A stretch of DNA of 64,000 nt from Octopus vulgaris (lineage: Eukaryota), in NCBI GenBank assembly GCA_951406725.2, contig OX597819.1, positions 43,090,001 through 43,154,000 on the forward strand. The letters run 5' to 3'. The position numbers and the translations under genes were made by a program. Below are positions 1 to 12,700 of this stretch, one piece after another. A model generated the notes under the pieces. The model did not search any database, had not been told where the DNA came from, and saw nothing but the letters and a program-made list of their open reading frames with translations. Position 1 is the stretch's first letter; every line of letters starts with the position of its first letter.

Positions 1-1090
1 TTACATCTCCTGTTTCTTCTGAATGAAGAATACAGAAAGATGTCACATTCTGTGTGGCTTGTCATGTTGTTTGTACTAACACACTTGCTCTGAAAATGAT
101 TTAGTACAAAGCCTTGAAGAAAGATTACAAGATAAGGAATTGGCAGCAGAAGACAACAACCATATTTCTTCCCCCAAAGGAATCAGCAACGAAGGGGGAG
201 ATAGAGAGGAGATGAGAAATAGTGGCACCTGAGTACTAAAACTGGGTCATGGACTCAATTCACCCAGTGAACTCCTCTCACCTACTACTAACATTACTTG
301 AACGAAATGATAGAGAGGCTCTATATGATTGTTTACAATACTAGAAACAGCAACCAAACCTCTAAATTACAGCCTACCATCTGCGAAAGAAAGGAAGAAA
401 GGACACGTTGAATAACGTAACCTCAGAAGATACGCCATGTCTGAAACACTTTTTTCATCTTTTAATCATAGGTCTGCCTACTAAGCCAGGGGCTTCGCCT
501 AGGGCTAAACAACAACAACACCAACGATTATTATTATTATTATTATTCCACCTTCTAAACTAAATATTTAATTGTTACTTTTCACAGAAATTAAGCCCGA
601 GTATGTTAAGGGACTGCGACAATGTAAAATAGACGGTCGTTTAATATTTATTTTCTTAAAAAGTGAAGTGAAGTGAAATGACTCCGACACACGTCAGCTC
701 GCCGGGAGCTTTATCTCGGGCAGCTTTACTTTCATCATTACTTTTTTGTTTACTATGTTTTTTTTGTTTTTTTTTATTTTATTTTATTTTATTTTACATA
801 GCTTGCAAATAATAACGTAACAAATTTCTATAGTAATCTAATACTGATAATTATACCCCACCAAACCACTAGCAAAGTACCACTGACACCAAAATTATAT
901 CTCAATCGTAGAAGGACGACGACGAGGAAGAAGAAAGGGTAAAAGAATAAGAAAATAATTAAGTGAAACAAATCATATGTAATTAAGAAGAAAAAAAAAA
1001 TAAAGTGAAATTGATTTTAATTCAATCGAAATAATTTTGGGTGAACAAAGAAAAAAATATTTTAAAAATAAAAATGCATGCAGGTATATC

Positions 1091-1292
1091 TTACCTATCT
1101 ATCTATCTATCTACCTACCTATCCATCCATCCATCCACCTACCTACCTACCTACCTACCTATCTATCTATCTACCTACCTACCTACCTACCTATCTATAT
1201 CTATCTATCTATCTACCTATCTATCTATCTACCTACCTACCTATCTATCTACCTACCTACCTATCTATCTATCTATCAACATATCTACCTAT
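1091..1292. repeat. (CTAT/CTAC/CCAT)n compound tetranucleotide microsatellite
   Basis: Directly visible tandem repeat; accounts for ORFs 1037-1443. Confidence 0.97.
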
Positions 1293-2055
1293 CACACACA
1301 CACACATATATATAAGTATGTATACCTGTATGTATATACACAAACACACATACACAAATGTATGTGTGTGTGTGTGTGTGTTACAAGAAAACAGAAAGAG
1401 ACAAATGAGATTTATAACAACAGAGAAAAATAACAAACGATAATGAATAATACTATGTTATATGGCTGGTAGGCAAGAAAGTAGCAGCGACAATATCAAC
1501 AACTGCTGTGATAATAACAATATCAGTGATTAAAAACAAAAGGTGTACTCGTACGTACGCACGCGCAAATTTGTATTTTGCGCGTGGACACGTGTATGTG
1601 CGTGAGTGCGTGTATGTTTTGTATGAATGTGTGTGTGTGAGTGAGTGAGTGAGTGAGTGAGAGAGAGAGAGAGAGAGAGAGTGTGTGTGTGTGTGCAATC
1701 ACTTATAGTTAACAGCAACTAACAAACAAAAACAAAATCAATAAGTGTGTAATTATCTTTCGCAGGTCCCCGATACCAAAACAATAAATATTTGATGAAA
1801 CATATTTGCTATTTGTTTACTATTATTATCATTATTTGCTCCGCCACCCCGCTTCTACTACATCTCTCTCTCTCCCTCAAACAATTGCGGAAGAAAGAAC
1901 GAAATAATTAGCATAATTAAAACAATACCTCACCCCACCTCCACCCTCACTTCCACTGCCAGAAGAGAATAAAAATTAAAGAAACAAGCAAACTACAAAG
2001 CAACTTTAACTCTATCTAACAAGCAATTTAACAAGCAACTAACAAGCAACTTAAC

Positions 2056-3250
2056 CTTAGTTGCCTCTGTCGGCTGCTTATCTCACTTCAGCATCATTTT
2101 ATATATTTTTTAGATTATGATTTTTTTTCTTTCTTTTTCCAAAACCGCGCGGGCGGTGTGGGAAGAAAACATCGCCTGAAAATTTCCTGGAGTCGGACTC
2201 CAATCCACCACCGACATTTAAAACACAAAGAGAAATCAAAATCAAAATATACAAATATATAATTTCTTTTCTCCACCCCTTCGCTCATCTCCGTCTCCTC
2301 CTCTCTCTCTCTCTCTCTCTCCATTTGCGAGGAGGAAGAAGAAAAGAGAGGGAGAATGAAGCAAGCTTGTGGCAAACAATATTTTGAAGTGAAAGCAAGC
2401 AAAACAAAACTTCACAATTGCCATACTTCTGTAAAAATTAGTAGCTTTTATACACACATGGGAATAATGTCTTGGAGGGAGATGAGAAAAAGGAAGAGAG
2501 CAACATCTTTCTCTCTCTCTCACACACACACACACAAAGTGTATGCATATGTATATATGTTTGTATGTGTGTGCGTGGAGCGTGATTGAGAAAGTAAAGA
2601 GAAGGAACTGAGATAGCGAGATAAGATAGACATGCAAAAAAGGAGAGGTAGGTAAGGAGAAAGAAATGAAGAGAGGGAGAGAGAGAGAGATAAAGTAAAA
2701 GATGGTAGAGGCGATGTGGGGGGAGAAGGGAAGGAAGGAGAGGTGTAGGAAGGAAGTAAAAAAAAAAAACTGAATGAAAACAAACAAAAAATAATACAGA
2801 ATCAAGTGAAAGAAATAATTGGGTTTTTTTCTTCTTCTTTCTCTCTCTTCCCAAAGTACAATAATAGCAACAATAACAAAAAAATATAAAAATTTGTAAA
2901 AAGTGAAAAAAAAAAAAAATGAAAAAATGTAAATCGACAAAAAAAAAAAATTCACCCACCCACCCACGTTTCTAAACAAATGAAAAAAAAACAAAAAAGA
3001 GAAAAGAAAAAAGAAATTATATTTATTATTTTTATTTTATTTTATTTTATTTTTATTTATTTTCGAAAGACACTAAAACTGTCATTCATTCACAGTTTTT
3101 TCTGATGACAAAAGCTGGTAAGAAAGTTATGGTTAACATTGTATGAATTAGCTATCCGAAAATGTCTCTCTCTCTCTCTCTCATTCTGCATTTGCAAGGC
3201 TTGATTGTCTCGGCGGGAGACCTTCGCTGTAGGGCACAACAATAGCATAA
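2056..3250 (-). promoter_or_regulatory. Candidate promoter and long 5'UTR/first exon of a minus-strand gene running off the left edge
   Basis: No interspersed repeats, CpGs retained (e.g. CCGCGCGGGCGG near 2145), T-rich on minus, only a short ATG ATG CTG AAG TGA, weak donor AAG|GTTAAG at about 2055. Inference only. Confidence 0.3.
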
Positions 3251-3924
3251 CCGTTTTCTTACAGCAGCAGCCCTAAAACCCCCCCACCCCCACATCCCAA
3301 CCCCCCCCCAAACACAAGGCCTCACTTAAAACACATGCACACAATTAGCTACCTTAAGTTCATTGTCAAATGGGGAAAAAAAAAAAAAAAAAACTCCTTC
3401 GCCAACCTTCACTTTTCTAAACATTCCCCCACCTTACTCTCCCTCTCTCTTCCTCACTTCCTCCCACTTCACTAATTTCTACCTCCGACCCTCTCCCTCT
3501 CCCTCTCTTCCATATTTTTACCTTTTCTCACCCGCTTTCTCTTTTCTTTTCTTTTCTTTCTTCCTTCCCTTGTTATTATCATAGTCTTTCTTCTCTCACA
3601 CGTCTTAGTCTCTCGCTTTTCTAATCCACCACCTCCTCATTATTTCTTCTACTTTTCTATCACTTACTCTCTCTCCAACTACTCCTTCCCCCCTCCATTA
3701 CATCTACCGAAACTTTAAACAACAGCACTACAATAGCCGAATCCCAAGCCCTTGTTACGCCTTCATCATCAGTGCTCCTTTATTTCTTATGTCCTCTCAG
3801 ATGTCGCCCTTGTGGCAGATAAAGAAATCCTCATACTAACTACGTACCACAAAATTTCAGGCCTTAAGCCTATAGTAAAAAGGATCATCATCACCATCAT
3901 CATCATCACAATTGCAATTATTGC

Positions 3925-4145
3925 TAAAAAAGGACGGTGGACTGGCAGAATGTCGGTCAAAATGCTTCGCAATATTTGTCCGCCTCAACCCCACCCACCC
4001 ACCGAGGTCGATTATGCCTTTCCGTCCTTTCGGGGGAGAGGGGGGAGTCGATAAAATAAATTACCATTCAAGTATTGAAGTCGATGTAATCGAATGAAGT
4101 TTCCCCCCCCCCCTCCGCCCTCAAAACTGCTGGCTTTATGCAACA
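3925..4145 (+). mobile_element. SINE family 2, diverged copy that retains CpGs
   Basis: Core CGAGGTCGAttatGCCTTTCcgTCCTTTCGGGG...GTCGATAAAAT shared with many copies in the window. Confidence 0.75.
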
Positions 4146-4464
4146 TTACCATCATCACGTCGACAACATTGTTCTACTGAGGGAGGGAGAGAGAGAGAGA
4201 AAGCAGTGTGTGTATATGAGAGAGAGAAGTGACTATGGAGATGGCATGATGCTTGGCTACCCTCTCCTGAGTCAGTCAAGTCATTCGTTTCCTTCCTTCC
4301 TACTGTTTCAACCGCAACATCACACTATCAGCTTATTGCCACATACAGTCAGTCCTGTGAGAAGCTTTAATTACTTCGACCAAAAAGCCCCATAGCTGTG
4401 AAACACCGGCACTGATGAAGTGCTCGGTTTCTTAAATGAATTTTCACAAATATGACGAAGAAAT

Positions 4465-4801
<337 letters not shown>

Positions 4802-5251
4802 TGCAAACACACACATAATTAGAATAAATTGAAACAGCAATCATAGAAACCAATTAACAAAAAACAATAAACAAACTAAAAGAAAGTAAAACGAATAACA
4901 AAAATAAAGAAAAGTGAAAATTAAAAGATCAAATTCCAAACAAGTAAAATCATTTCAATTAATTAGCGATACCTTTAAATGTGATTACTTGTCTCATTAA
5001 ATAATAGTTTCAAACACAATTATACATATTTACGGCGGCGGCGGTGGGGACAGAATGTAGACAAAAAGATGAAAACAAGAGATTAGCTTGTTCTTTTTTT
5101 GTTTGTTTTTTTTTTTTCCAAGATTTTTGTGTGTTTTCATATAGACCAAGCATTTGTAGGTAGGAGTAAAGAAATAACGAACATAGGTATCTACATATAT
5201 ATCATACATACATATAGAGAGAGACAGAGAAATAAGACAGGGATAGGTGGC

Positions 5252-5292
<41 letters not shown>

Positions 5293-5293
5293 G

Positions 5294-5324
<31 letters not shown>

Positions 5325-5456
5325 ATAAATAGATAGATAGATGATAGATAGATAGATGATAGATAGATGATAGATAGATAGATAGATAGATAGATATATG
5401 ATAGATAGATAGATAGATGATAGATGATAGATAGATAGATGATAGATGATAGATAA

Positions 5457-5487
<31 letters not shown>

Positions 5488-5631
5488 TATAGGTGGATGG
5501 ATAGATAGATAGATAGGTGGATGGATAGATAGATAGATATATAGGTGGATGGATAGATGGATAGATAGATAGATAGGTGGATGGATAGATAGATAGATAG
5601 ATATATGGATAGATGGATAGATAGATAGGTG

Positions 5632-5689
<58 letters not shown>

Positions 5690-5740
5690 CGGACGGACGG
5701 ATGGATAGATAGATAGATAGATAGATAGATGATAGATAGT
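5252..5740. repeat. (GATA)n/(GGAT)n Bkm-like microsatellite
   Basis: Directly visible, about 490 bp. Confidence 0.97.
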
Positions 5741-6524
5741 CTGGAAAAAAAATAGACGGACAGATGGGGGAGATAGACAGCCAGACGGTTAAGATAAGCA
5801 GACAGCTCGATAGACAGATTGGCAGCCGGAGAGGCTGAGATAGACAGATTGATTAGGTAAGAAAGAGATTTAAAAGATGAATATTAAGAAGAAGAAGAAA
5901 AGGAGGAGGGGGGAAACAGAGAAGAAAAGAAAATAAGAGACAGGATTAAGAAATTTAAGAGAACGAGAAACATAAAAATTGTTTAAACTAAAGAAAAAAG
6001 AAAGTGAAATAAAGACAGACAGACAGACGAGAAAAGAGCTAGAAAAAAAATGTGAAAAATATAAAATTAAAATAGATAAAGAAACACGCAAGGATGGAAA
6101 ACAGTGAGGTAGAAGCGCGTGCGTTAATTACTGCCACAAGAAATCAATAAAATAAAATAAAATATAATGAAATGGAATAAATTGAATCTCCACCAAGTGC
6201 GGCTGTTTAGATTAGGTGTGGTGTAATTGTTATGGTATTACCTCCCTTGGTTTGTGAAAAAACATAACTTTCAGCACGCCTACATCGCCTTTACCCGCGG
6301 GGAAGACGAGTGCGTGCGCGGAGGAGAGAGAGGGGGAACGCGTAAAGGAGGGAGGTGGTGAGAGAACGATAACGTTAACAAATGGAGATCATACGGGCGA
6401 TGCTCCAGCATGACCGCAGTCACATGGCTGGAACGTATGAAAATACTAAAATTTTTTAAAAAATGATAGAGAGAGAAAGAAGAAGAAAATATGAGTGATA
6501 TAAAATAGATTAGAACGCAACATA

Positions 6525-6910
6525 AGCGGAGGCGTGGCTGTGTGGAAAGAAGCTTGTTTCCCCTACCACATGGTTCCGAGTTCAGTCCCACTGCGTGGGA
6601 CCTTCGATAAGCATCTTCTGCTACAGCCTCGTGCCGACCAAAGTCTTGTGAGTAGATTTGGTAGACGGAAACTGAAAGAAGCCCGTCGCGTGTGTGTCGC
6701 TGTGCTCGTCCCCCTACCATCACTTGACAATCGGTGTTGGTTTGTTTATGTTTCCAGAACTTAGTGGTTCGGCAAAAAGAGACGGCCAGAATAAGTAAGT
6801 AGCAGGTTTCAAAAAACAAATAAAGTATTGGGGGTCGATCCGTTTGAAAACCCTTCAAGGGGTGCCCCAGCTTGGCCGCAGTCCAATGACTGAAACAGGT
6901 ATAAGATGAA
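6525..6910 (+). mobile_element. SINE family 1 (tRNA-derived, Meta-like central domain), near full length
   Basis: A-box-like GTGGCTGTGTGG, B-box-like GAGTTCAGTCCC, core CCGACCAAAG...GTGAGTAGATTTGGTAGACGGAAACTGAAAGAAGCCCGTCG, tail GGCCGCAGTCCAATGACTGAAAC. At least 10 copies in the window. Confidence 0.9.
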
Positions 6911-7214
6911 GAACAGTGTGTGTGTGTGTGTGTGAGTGGGGGTTGTACAAGAGAATTGTGTAAAGAATCGATTTAACCTTAAAAACGCAATGTCCGCAGC
7001 TATTTTAATAGATTTTTAGCCTATATTGATATAATAAAATAAAATATATGATCTTGTTTGGTATTCGAAGTTTATCGATAATTTTCTAACAATGCGGAAA
7101 AGCATAGGCGATGTCACCTAAACGGATTTTAGGTTTTAAAAAGAATTATTCAGTCTTTGTTGTTTAGCACGAAGCCAGCTCTGACCGTGTCGGACCCATC
7201 ACGTCGTGTATGTA

Positions 7215-7400
7215 TATCTATTTCTTTACCACCCACAAGGGGCTAAAAACACAGAGAGGACAAACAAGGACAGACAAAGAGATTAAGTCGATTAGATCGA
7301 CCCCAGTGCGTAACTGGTACTTAATTTATCGACCCCGGAAGGATGAAAAGGAAAGTCGACCTTGGCGGAATTTGAACTCAGAACGTAACGGCAGACGAAA
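7215..7400 (-). mobile_element. SINE family 2 (subtype with CCCACAAGGGGCTAAA tail)
   Basis: Reverse complement of the family-2 core; same tail as the copies at 48567 and 51995. Confidence 0.85.
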
Positions 7401-8179
7401 ATCAGTGTATGTTGCTCGTTCGTTATCAACATTATACTCGTTTAATGACAATGACGCTGGTCTTGAAGATTTGGCTGCCATTTCTAGTACAATCAACATC
7501 ATACTAATGCAGTTATAGAATGGACAACGTGCGGTCCACGGGGCTTTCTGAGTGACATTACCTCAGTTTGTACTAATGTTTACGATAGCATTAGTGTTGA
7601 AGATTCGACTGCCATCTCAAGTAGATTGGATGTCTAAATAGAAAGGCTATTTCACTGGCTCCTCTACCGATGTGGAAGCGAGTTCCCACGTGCCTAATCT
7701 TCGACCCGGTTTCGATTTCCAATTGCGGTCAATCCATCTCTCTCACACCGTTAATGAAATATCATTAGAAAATAATTCAATCACCCTCACGCACTCTCAT
7801 CTTTTCCTTTCTTGTAAATATCGAATCCATTGTATTAGAACAGAGAGGCACGTTGTTGGTGGTAGCAGAAGTCAACTGGAATAACAAAAACAGCGCGGCG
7901 TTGGATTAAGTGTTCCATTATATATTTAACTGGAAGTTCACTCAACGTTATGAGTTCAATTCTCAACCGTTTAAAAATTTATGGCTTTTCACACTGGGAA
8001 AATTTTGTTGTTGTTGTTGTTGTTGCTGCTCAGCCCCCATGTTATACACTGATCGAACCAGCACGCTGATCAAAGGAGTTCGATCTATAACAATCTAGCG
8101 TTGATGTGAACCTCGGATTACCTTAACACGCACTTCATTGTTTAAAACAGTAGTAGAATGTAATGTACCTATTAAAAAG

Positions 8180-8660
8180 TAGTCCTCTGAGCACTAATGC
8201 CCCATGAAGTCAGGTACCTGGTTTTTATGGCATACCAGTGCAACTCAAAGTGGCGGTCCGTGGCGCCGGTCCGCGAGCCATCAGCTGCCGGATCGCGGCG
8301 AGTTTCCAGAAAAGAAAGAAGCATTATAAAATGCTTATGTAATACTGCATTATTTGTTTACAAAATTAATATAAGATCTTGTTTCCAGTATAAATTAATA
8401 TTACTAAGAAATATTACAGGTCCCTGGTACATTGGGGGTGGAAAAGAACTGCCGGTACGTCACGAGTCCCCTGCCCTCCCTGAACAGGACGCCGGTCCGT
8501 CGCTGGGTTAATATCAGTTACAGCTAAGTGAACTTAGAGCAACGTGAAATGAAGTGTTTTGCTCAAGAACACAATGCACCGCCCGGCCCGGGAAACGAAA
8601 CTACGATCTTACGATTGTGAGTGCAACACCCTAATCGTTAGGCTGCGCGCCTACACAGAT
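8180..8660 (-). mobile_element. SINE family 4 (tRNA head, V/CORE-like body) interrupted by a hAT-like MITE
   Basis: Minus strand reads tRNA-like head, TTGTGTTCTTGAGCAAAACACTTCATTTCAC, then CCCAGCGACGGACCGGCGTCCTGTTCAGGG. Related relics near 15030, 37250 and 58460. Confidence 0.7.
8236..8463. mobile_element. hAT/Charlie-like non-autonomous element, one end truncated
   Basis: Starts CAGTGCAACTCAAAGTGGCGGTCCG, resembling Charlie/MER5-type termini, with repeated CCGGTCCG subterminal motifs. Confidence 0.65.
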
Positions 8661-10208
8661 ATATATCACTTATTGGATTATTTCTTTCGGGTCAAGCGAC
8701 TGCGTAGAGACACACACTTAAGGTCGTGATTAGACTTAAGTCAATCCTAGTAGTTAAGGCATGACCGCCACAATTTCCTTTCACATTAGTTCAACTCTCA
8801 AATTTCATTACCGCACTCTTATAAAAAAAAAAAAAGGAATCGCTATTTCACTCTTCTTATCTATGATTTCCCCACCTCTCGTTAACCTTTGGTAGGAGTT
8901 ACTTTTTTCTTCTTTTTAAAGTAAGTATCCATTTCAAAAGAATAAATACTGACTCCTTGCTGTGTTATCCGAGAATGCAGTGAAACTGAATACCATTTGG
9001 ATTCTGTCCGTATATATGTTTTCTAACGGAAAACATTTTGGTGTCTAGCACGATTTAGTCAACATTTGAGAAACAGCTCAAAATTTAGATTTATGCACAA
9101 GGCCGTTTTTTTTTTTTTTTTTGTAAAAAGATGTTAAGCAATGCCACCGACCCCCGTACTTGATTGGTACTTTATTTTATCGGCCCCAGAAGGATGAAAA
9201 CCAAACTTCATCTCAATGGGATTTTGAACTTAGAACGTAAAGAACCGAGGTTAGCAAAGTACCAGTATTGGCTATATTTCCTCGCTATATGTGAGGTTTG
9301 TGTTATTGCAGACGCCCTACAGAAAAGCACAAGCGCCAGTCCACATCCTGTTCTCATAAAAGACTCAGTGTGTAAAACGAATCGCCCTCCAAGCAACCGT
9401 AAGTTGTTTAAAAGGTCAGTGCGGAGTTCCAGCTTCACGATAAACACACAAAGATTATATAGTATATAGTAATAGTTTATTATTGTAAAGAACAAACAGA
9501 AAGCAAGGAGTAATCGACATTTCGGGCAGTTCTCCTTCGTCAAGGAAAAGCAGAGAAGTGAAACAAAGAGAAGAGAAAAAATGAATGCACAATCAATGCT
9601 TCTCTCTCTCTCTCTTCCTCCCTCACACACACATACGAACCAATGAGGGAATCGTTATGTGGTAGGTCAAACTGACAAATACCAAAACTTCCTTCCAACC
9701 CACCATATGAGGCCTTAGATTATGTAGACCCACATAGCATTAAAATAACGAGACGGTCTTTTGCTGGATTGCCTTTGATCATAGGTATATTCAATCAAGG
9801 ATGACCTGAGGCTAAAAAACAGTAACAAAAAAACAAACACACAAAGTATGAGTTGGTAAAAAATCATTGAAATTTCAACAGCATTTTTGTACCAAAATGT
9901 CAGTGTCTTAAGAATGGATATTGATAAAACAAAATGTGTAGGCGGTAGTTACGTCCCGTCCAATCAGTGGCTTGCTATAGTAGACTGCACAAATTAATAC
10001 CAACAAAACTAACTGTAACGAAGCTTAAGTGGTTATAATAGAACACATACATAACAAGACAAGAGGGTGGAGATAAGAGAAGATTATTTACATGCAGAAA
10101 GAATTGTTATTCAAGTCAACAGCACTACTAGCCTTTTTCTCCTCTCCATAAATGGCTGTGGCAAATTTCTTACGAAGACATTCTAAGCATATTGGTTGAG
10201 TGCCACTT

Positions 10209-10355
10209 CTAAAAAATCTTTTGATATCTATAATTGTGTGGAGCAGCTCTTTGAAAAGTGGATTCAACAAGTTTCCTCAAGTCCTCAGAAATGGTCTTTA
10301 CTCCACTATTAGTATAACTTCCTCTTCTCACTGACAGAAGCTTAAACGAAGTAGC
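10209..10355 (-). CDS. Candidate terminal coding exon (ATSFKLLSVRRGSYTNSGVKTISEDLRKLVESTFQRAAPHNYRYQKIF*), protein not recognised
   Basis: Acceptor GTCTCTTGTAG| followed by 48 open codons and TAG in non-repetitive sequence, close to the CpG boundary. No homology recognised. Confidence 0.3.
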   Translation of the reverse strand, partial: ATSFKLLSVRRGSYTNSGVKTISEDLRKLVESTFQRAAPHNYRYQKIF

Positions 10356-10391
10356 CTACAAGAGACGACGACGATGATGATGATGATGATC

Positions 10392-10895
10392 ATTTCTACT
10401 AGAGGCACAAGGCCTCAAATTTGTGAGGTGGAGACTAGTCGATTATATCGACCCCAGTGTTTCACTGTTACTTAATTCATTGACCCCGAAAGGATGAAAG
10501 GCGAAGTCGACCTCGGCGGAATTTAAACTCAGAACACAAAGACGGATGAAATACTGCTAAGCATTTTGTCCAGAGCGCAAACGATTCTGCCAGCTCGCCG
10601 CCTTAATAATAATAATAATAATCATAGAGCAGGCCCGTTCACTCGGGCCATCTTTACCAGAATTATAATAATCCTTTCTACTATAGGCACAAGGTCTGAA
10701 ATTGTGTGGGAGAAAGCTAGTCGATTACATCGATCCCCAGTGCTCAACGATTACTATTTTATCGACCCCGAAAAGGTGAAAAGCGAAGTCGATCACGTCG
10801 GAATTCGAACTCAGAACGTTAAGACCGGCGAAATACCGCTAAGCATTTGGTCCCGTATACTTAATGAACAATTCTGCCAGCTCACTACTGCCTTA
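10392..10895 (-). mobile_element. Two SINE family 2 copies
   Basis: Copies at about 10392-10605 and 10672-10895, with (GAT)n/(TAA)n flanks. Confidence 0.9.
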
Positions 10896-12000
10896 ATAAT
10901 AATGAGAAACGGATGCTGAGCCTGGGCAATGCTGCACTTTTAATAAACTAAACACTAGCAGCAAAGACACACACACACACACGTGAACGACTCCCAATAA
11001 ACAAATACTGTAATTGGTCTGACCATTACGAAATGAATAAAGATTGAAAACAAAACAAAACTGTAGACCTCAACATGACCAGTAAGTCAGACTAGTAATA
11101 ATAAAATAATAATAATATATTATATTAAGTAATAGTTGCTCTTAAAAGAAGAGTTTGTTGCGGGGGGGGGGGGCCAAAAAATGCAAAACTTAAAAAAAAA
11201 GATTAAATGACAACAAGAACGAAAATGGAATTAAAAAAAATAAATTTGATCCCTAAAATATAAAAATAGAAAGCTCGTCAATACGGCCCCAATAGCTCGT
11301 TTGGCTGAAGTGCAGGAAATATCATACAGAGTGACACTAATGAGAAGCTAGCTAGTTTTTGTCCAATGAAAACCCAATGCAATGAAACGGCCACCTCTAC
11401 CCATCCCCCACAGTAATCACCACCACCACAACCGTTACCAGGAGCCTGTATGTCGTCGTTAAAAATGCTAAAAACATCAACCAAATCTCTCTTTAATAAC
11501 GCCCCAACTGACTTTATCAACCAAGAAAAAAAGGACACTAGATGGTGTGTGCTCCTAGATACACCATTAAAAACAAATTTAACAAAATAAAATAAACAGA
11601 AAAGTCAAGGTTGCAATACATTTAATTACAACAAGGTCAAATGTGTGAAACTCAACAGCAAACAATAGTAGCAACGACGCAGTTTGTGGAAGTCAAAACT
11701 TTTACTATCGAACAGAACAAGTTCATAAATATTTAATGTAAAAAATGTTTCATCTATCATCATCATCATCATCATCATCAACATCATCCCCAGCCCTATT
11801 GTGATTTAATATCAAAATCCATACCTGGACTCAAATTGCATTCATGTATCCATCGCAAATAGATGCAACTTCTTTCATTTTTAATCCTTAATTATTATTA
11901 TTATTATTATTTTTAAAAATTTAATCCTTTCTTTCAAACACTCATACGTTGAAATCGACAAGTTATCATCGTCATTGTTGCCGTTGTCACCATCATCATC

Positions 12001-12700
12001 AAGATGGTGAGTTGGTAGAATTGACAAGCACACCAGGCAAAATGCTTATTGGCATTTCAACCATCTCTGCATTCTGAGATCAAATTCCACCAAGGTCGAT
12101 TTTGCCTTTCATCCCTTTCGGGTCGATAAATTAAGTACCAGTTGAGCACTGGGGTCGATATAACTGACTTGGCCCCTTCTCGAAATTGCTGGCTGTGTGC
12201 CCAGATTTCAAACCGTTATTGGAAGAGTCGTTAGCAAACCAGATAAGATAAAATACGTAGCAGCATTTCCTTCATCTTTATGCTTTGAGTTCAAATTCTG
12301 CCACGACTGACTTTGTCTTTCATCCTTTCAGGGTCAATAAAATAAGTACCAGCTGAGTACCAGGATCAATATAATTGGTTTACTTCTCTCCCAAACTTGC
12401 TGGTCATGTACCAAAAATTTGAAACCATCATCATTATTGTTATTAAAGGGCTAAAGACGTTGTTGTTGTTGTTGTTGTTGTTATTAAGGCAGTGAGCTGG
12501 CAGAATCATTAGCACACCAGGCGAAATAGCGGTATTTCGTTTGCTGTTACGTTCTGAGTTCAAATTCCACTGAGGTCGACTTTGCCTTTTATCCTTTTGG
12601 GGGTTGATTAAATAAGTACCAGTTACAAACTGGGGCTGATGCAATCGACTTAATTCCTTCTCCCACATATGAGGCCTTGTGCTTCCAGTAGAAAGGATTA
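12001..12700 (+). mobile_element. Three tandem SINE family 2 copies
   Basis: Copies at about 12001-12215, 12225-12425 and 12486-12700, followed by (ATT)n. Confidence 0.9.

Noticed and set aside
588-600. Plus-strand 13-nt microexon (TTTTCACAG|AAATTAAGCCCGA|GTATGT)
   Set aside because: Frame-shifting length, no partner exons, and expected by chance in AT-rich DNA.
6280-6858. 192-aa minus-strand ORF
   Set aside because: Mostly antisense to a family-1 SINE.
11278-11538. 86-aa minus-strand ORF with a Gly/Cys-rich start
   Set aside because: No recognisable domain, a poor acceptor, and partly (GGT)n-derived.
11535-11548. CTCF-like motif CACTAGATGGTG at the CpG boundary
   Set aside because: Imperfect, and it lies in a relic resembling repeats near 400 and 63850.
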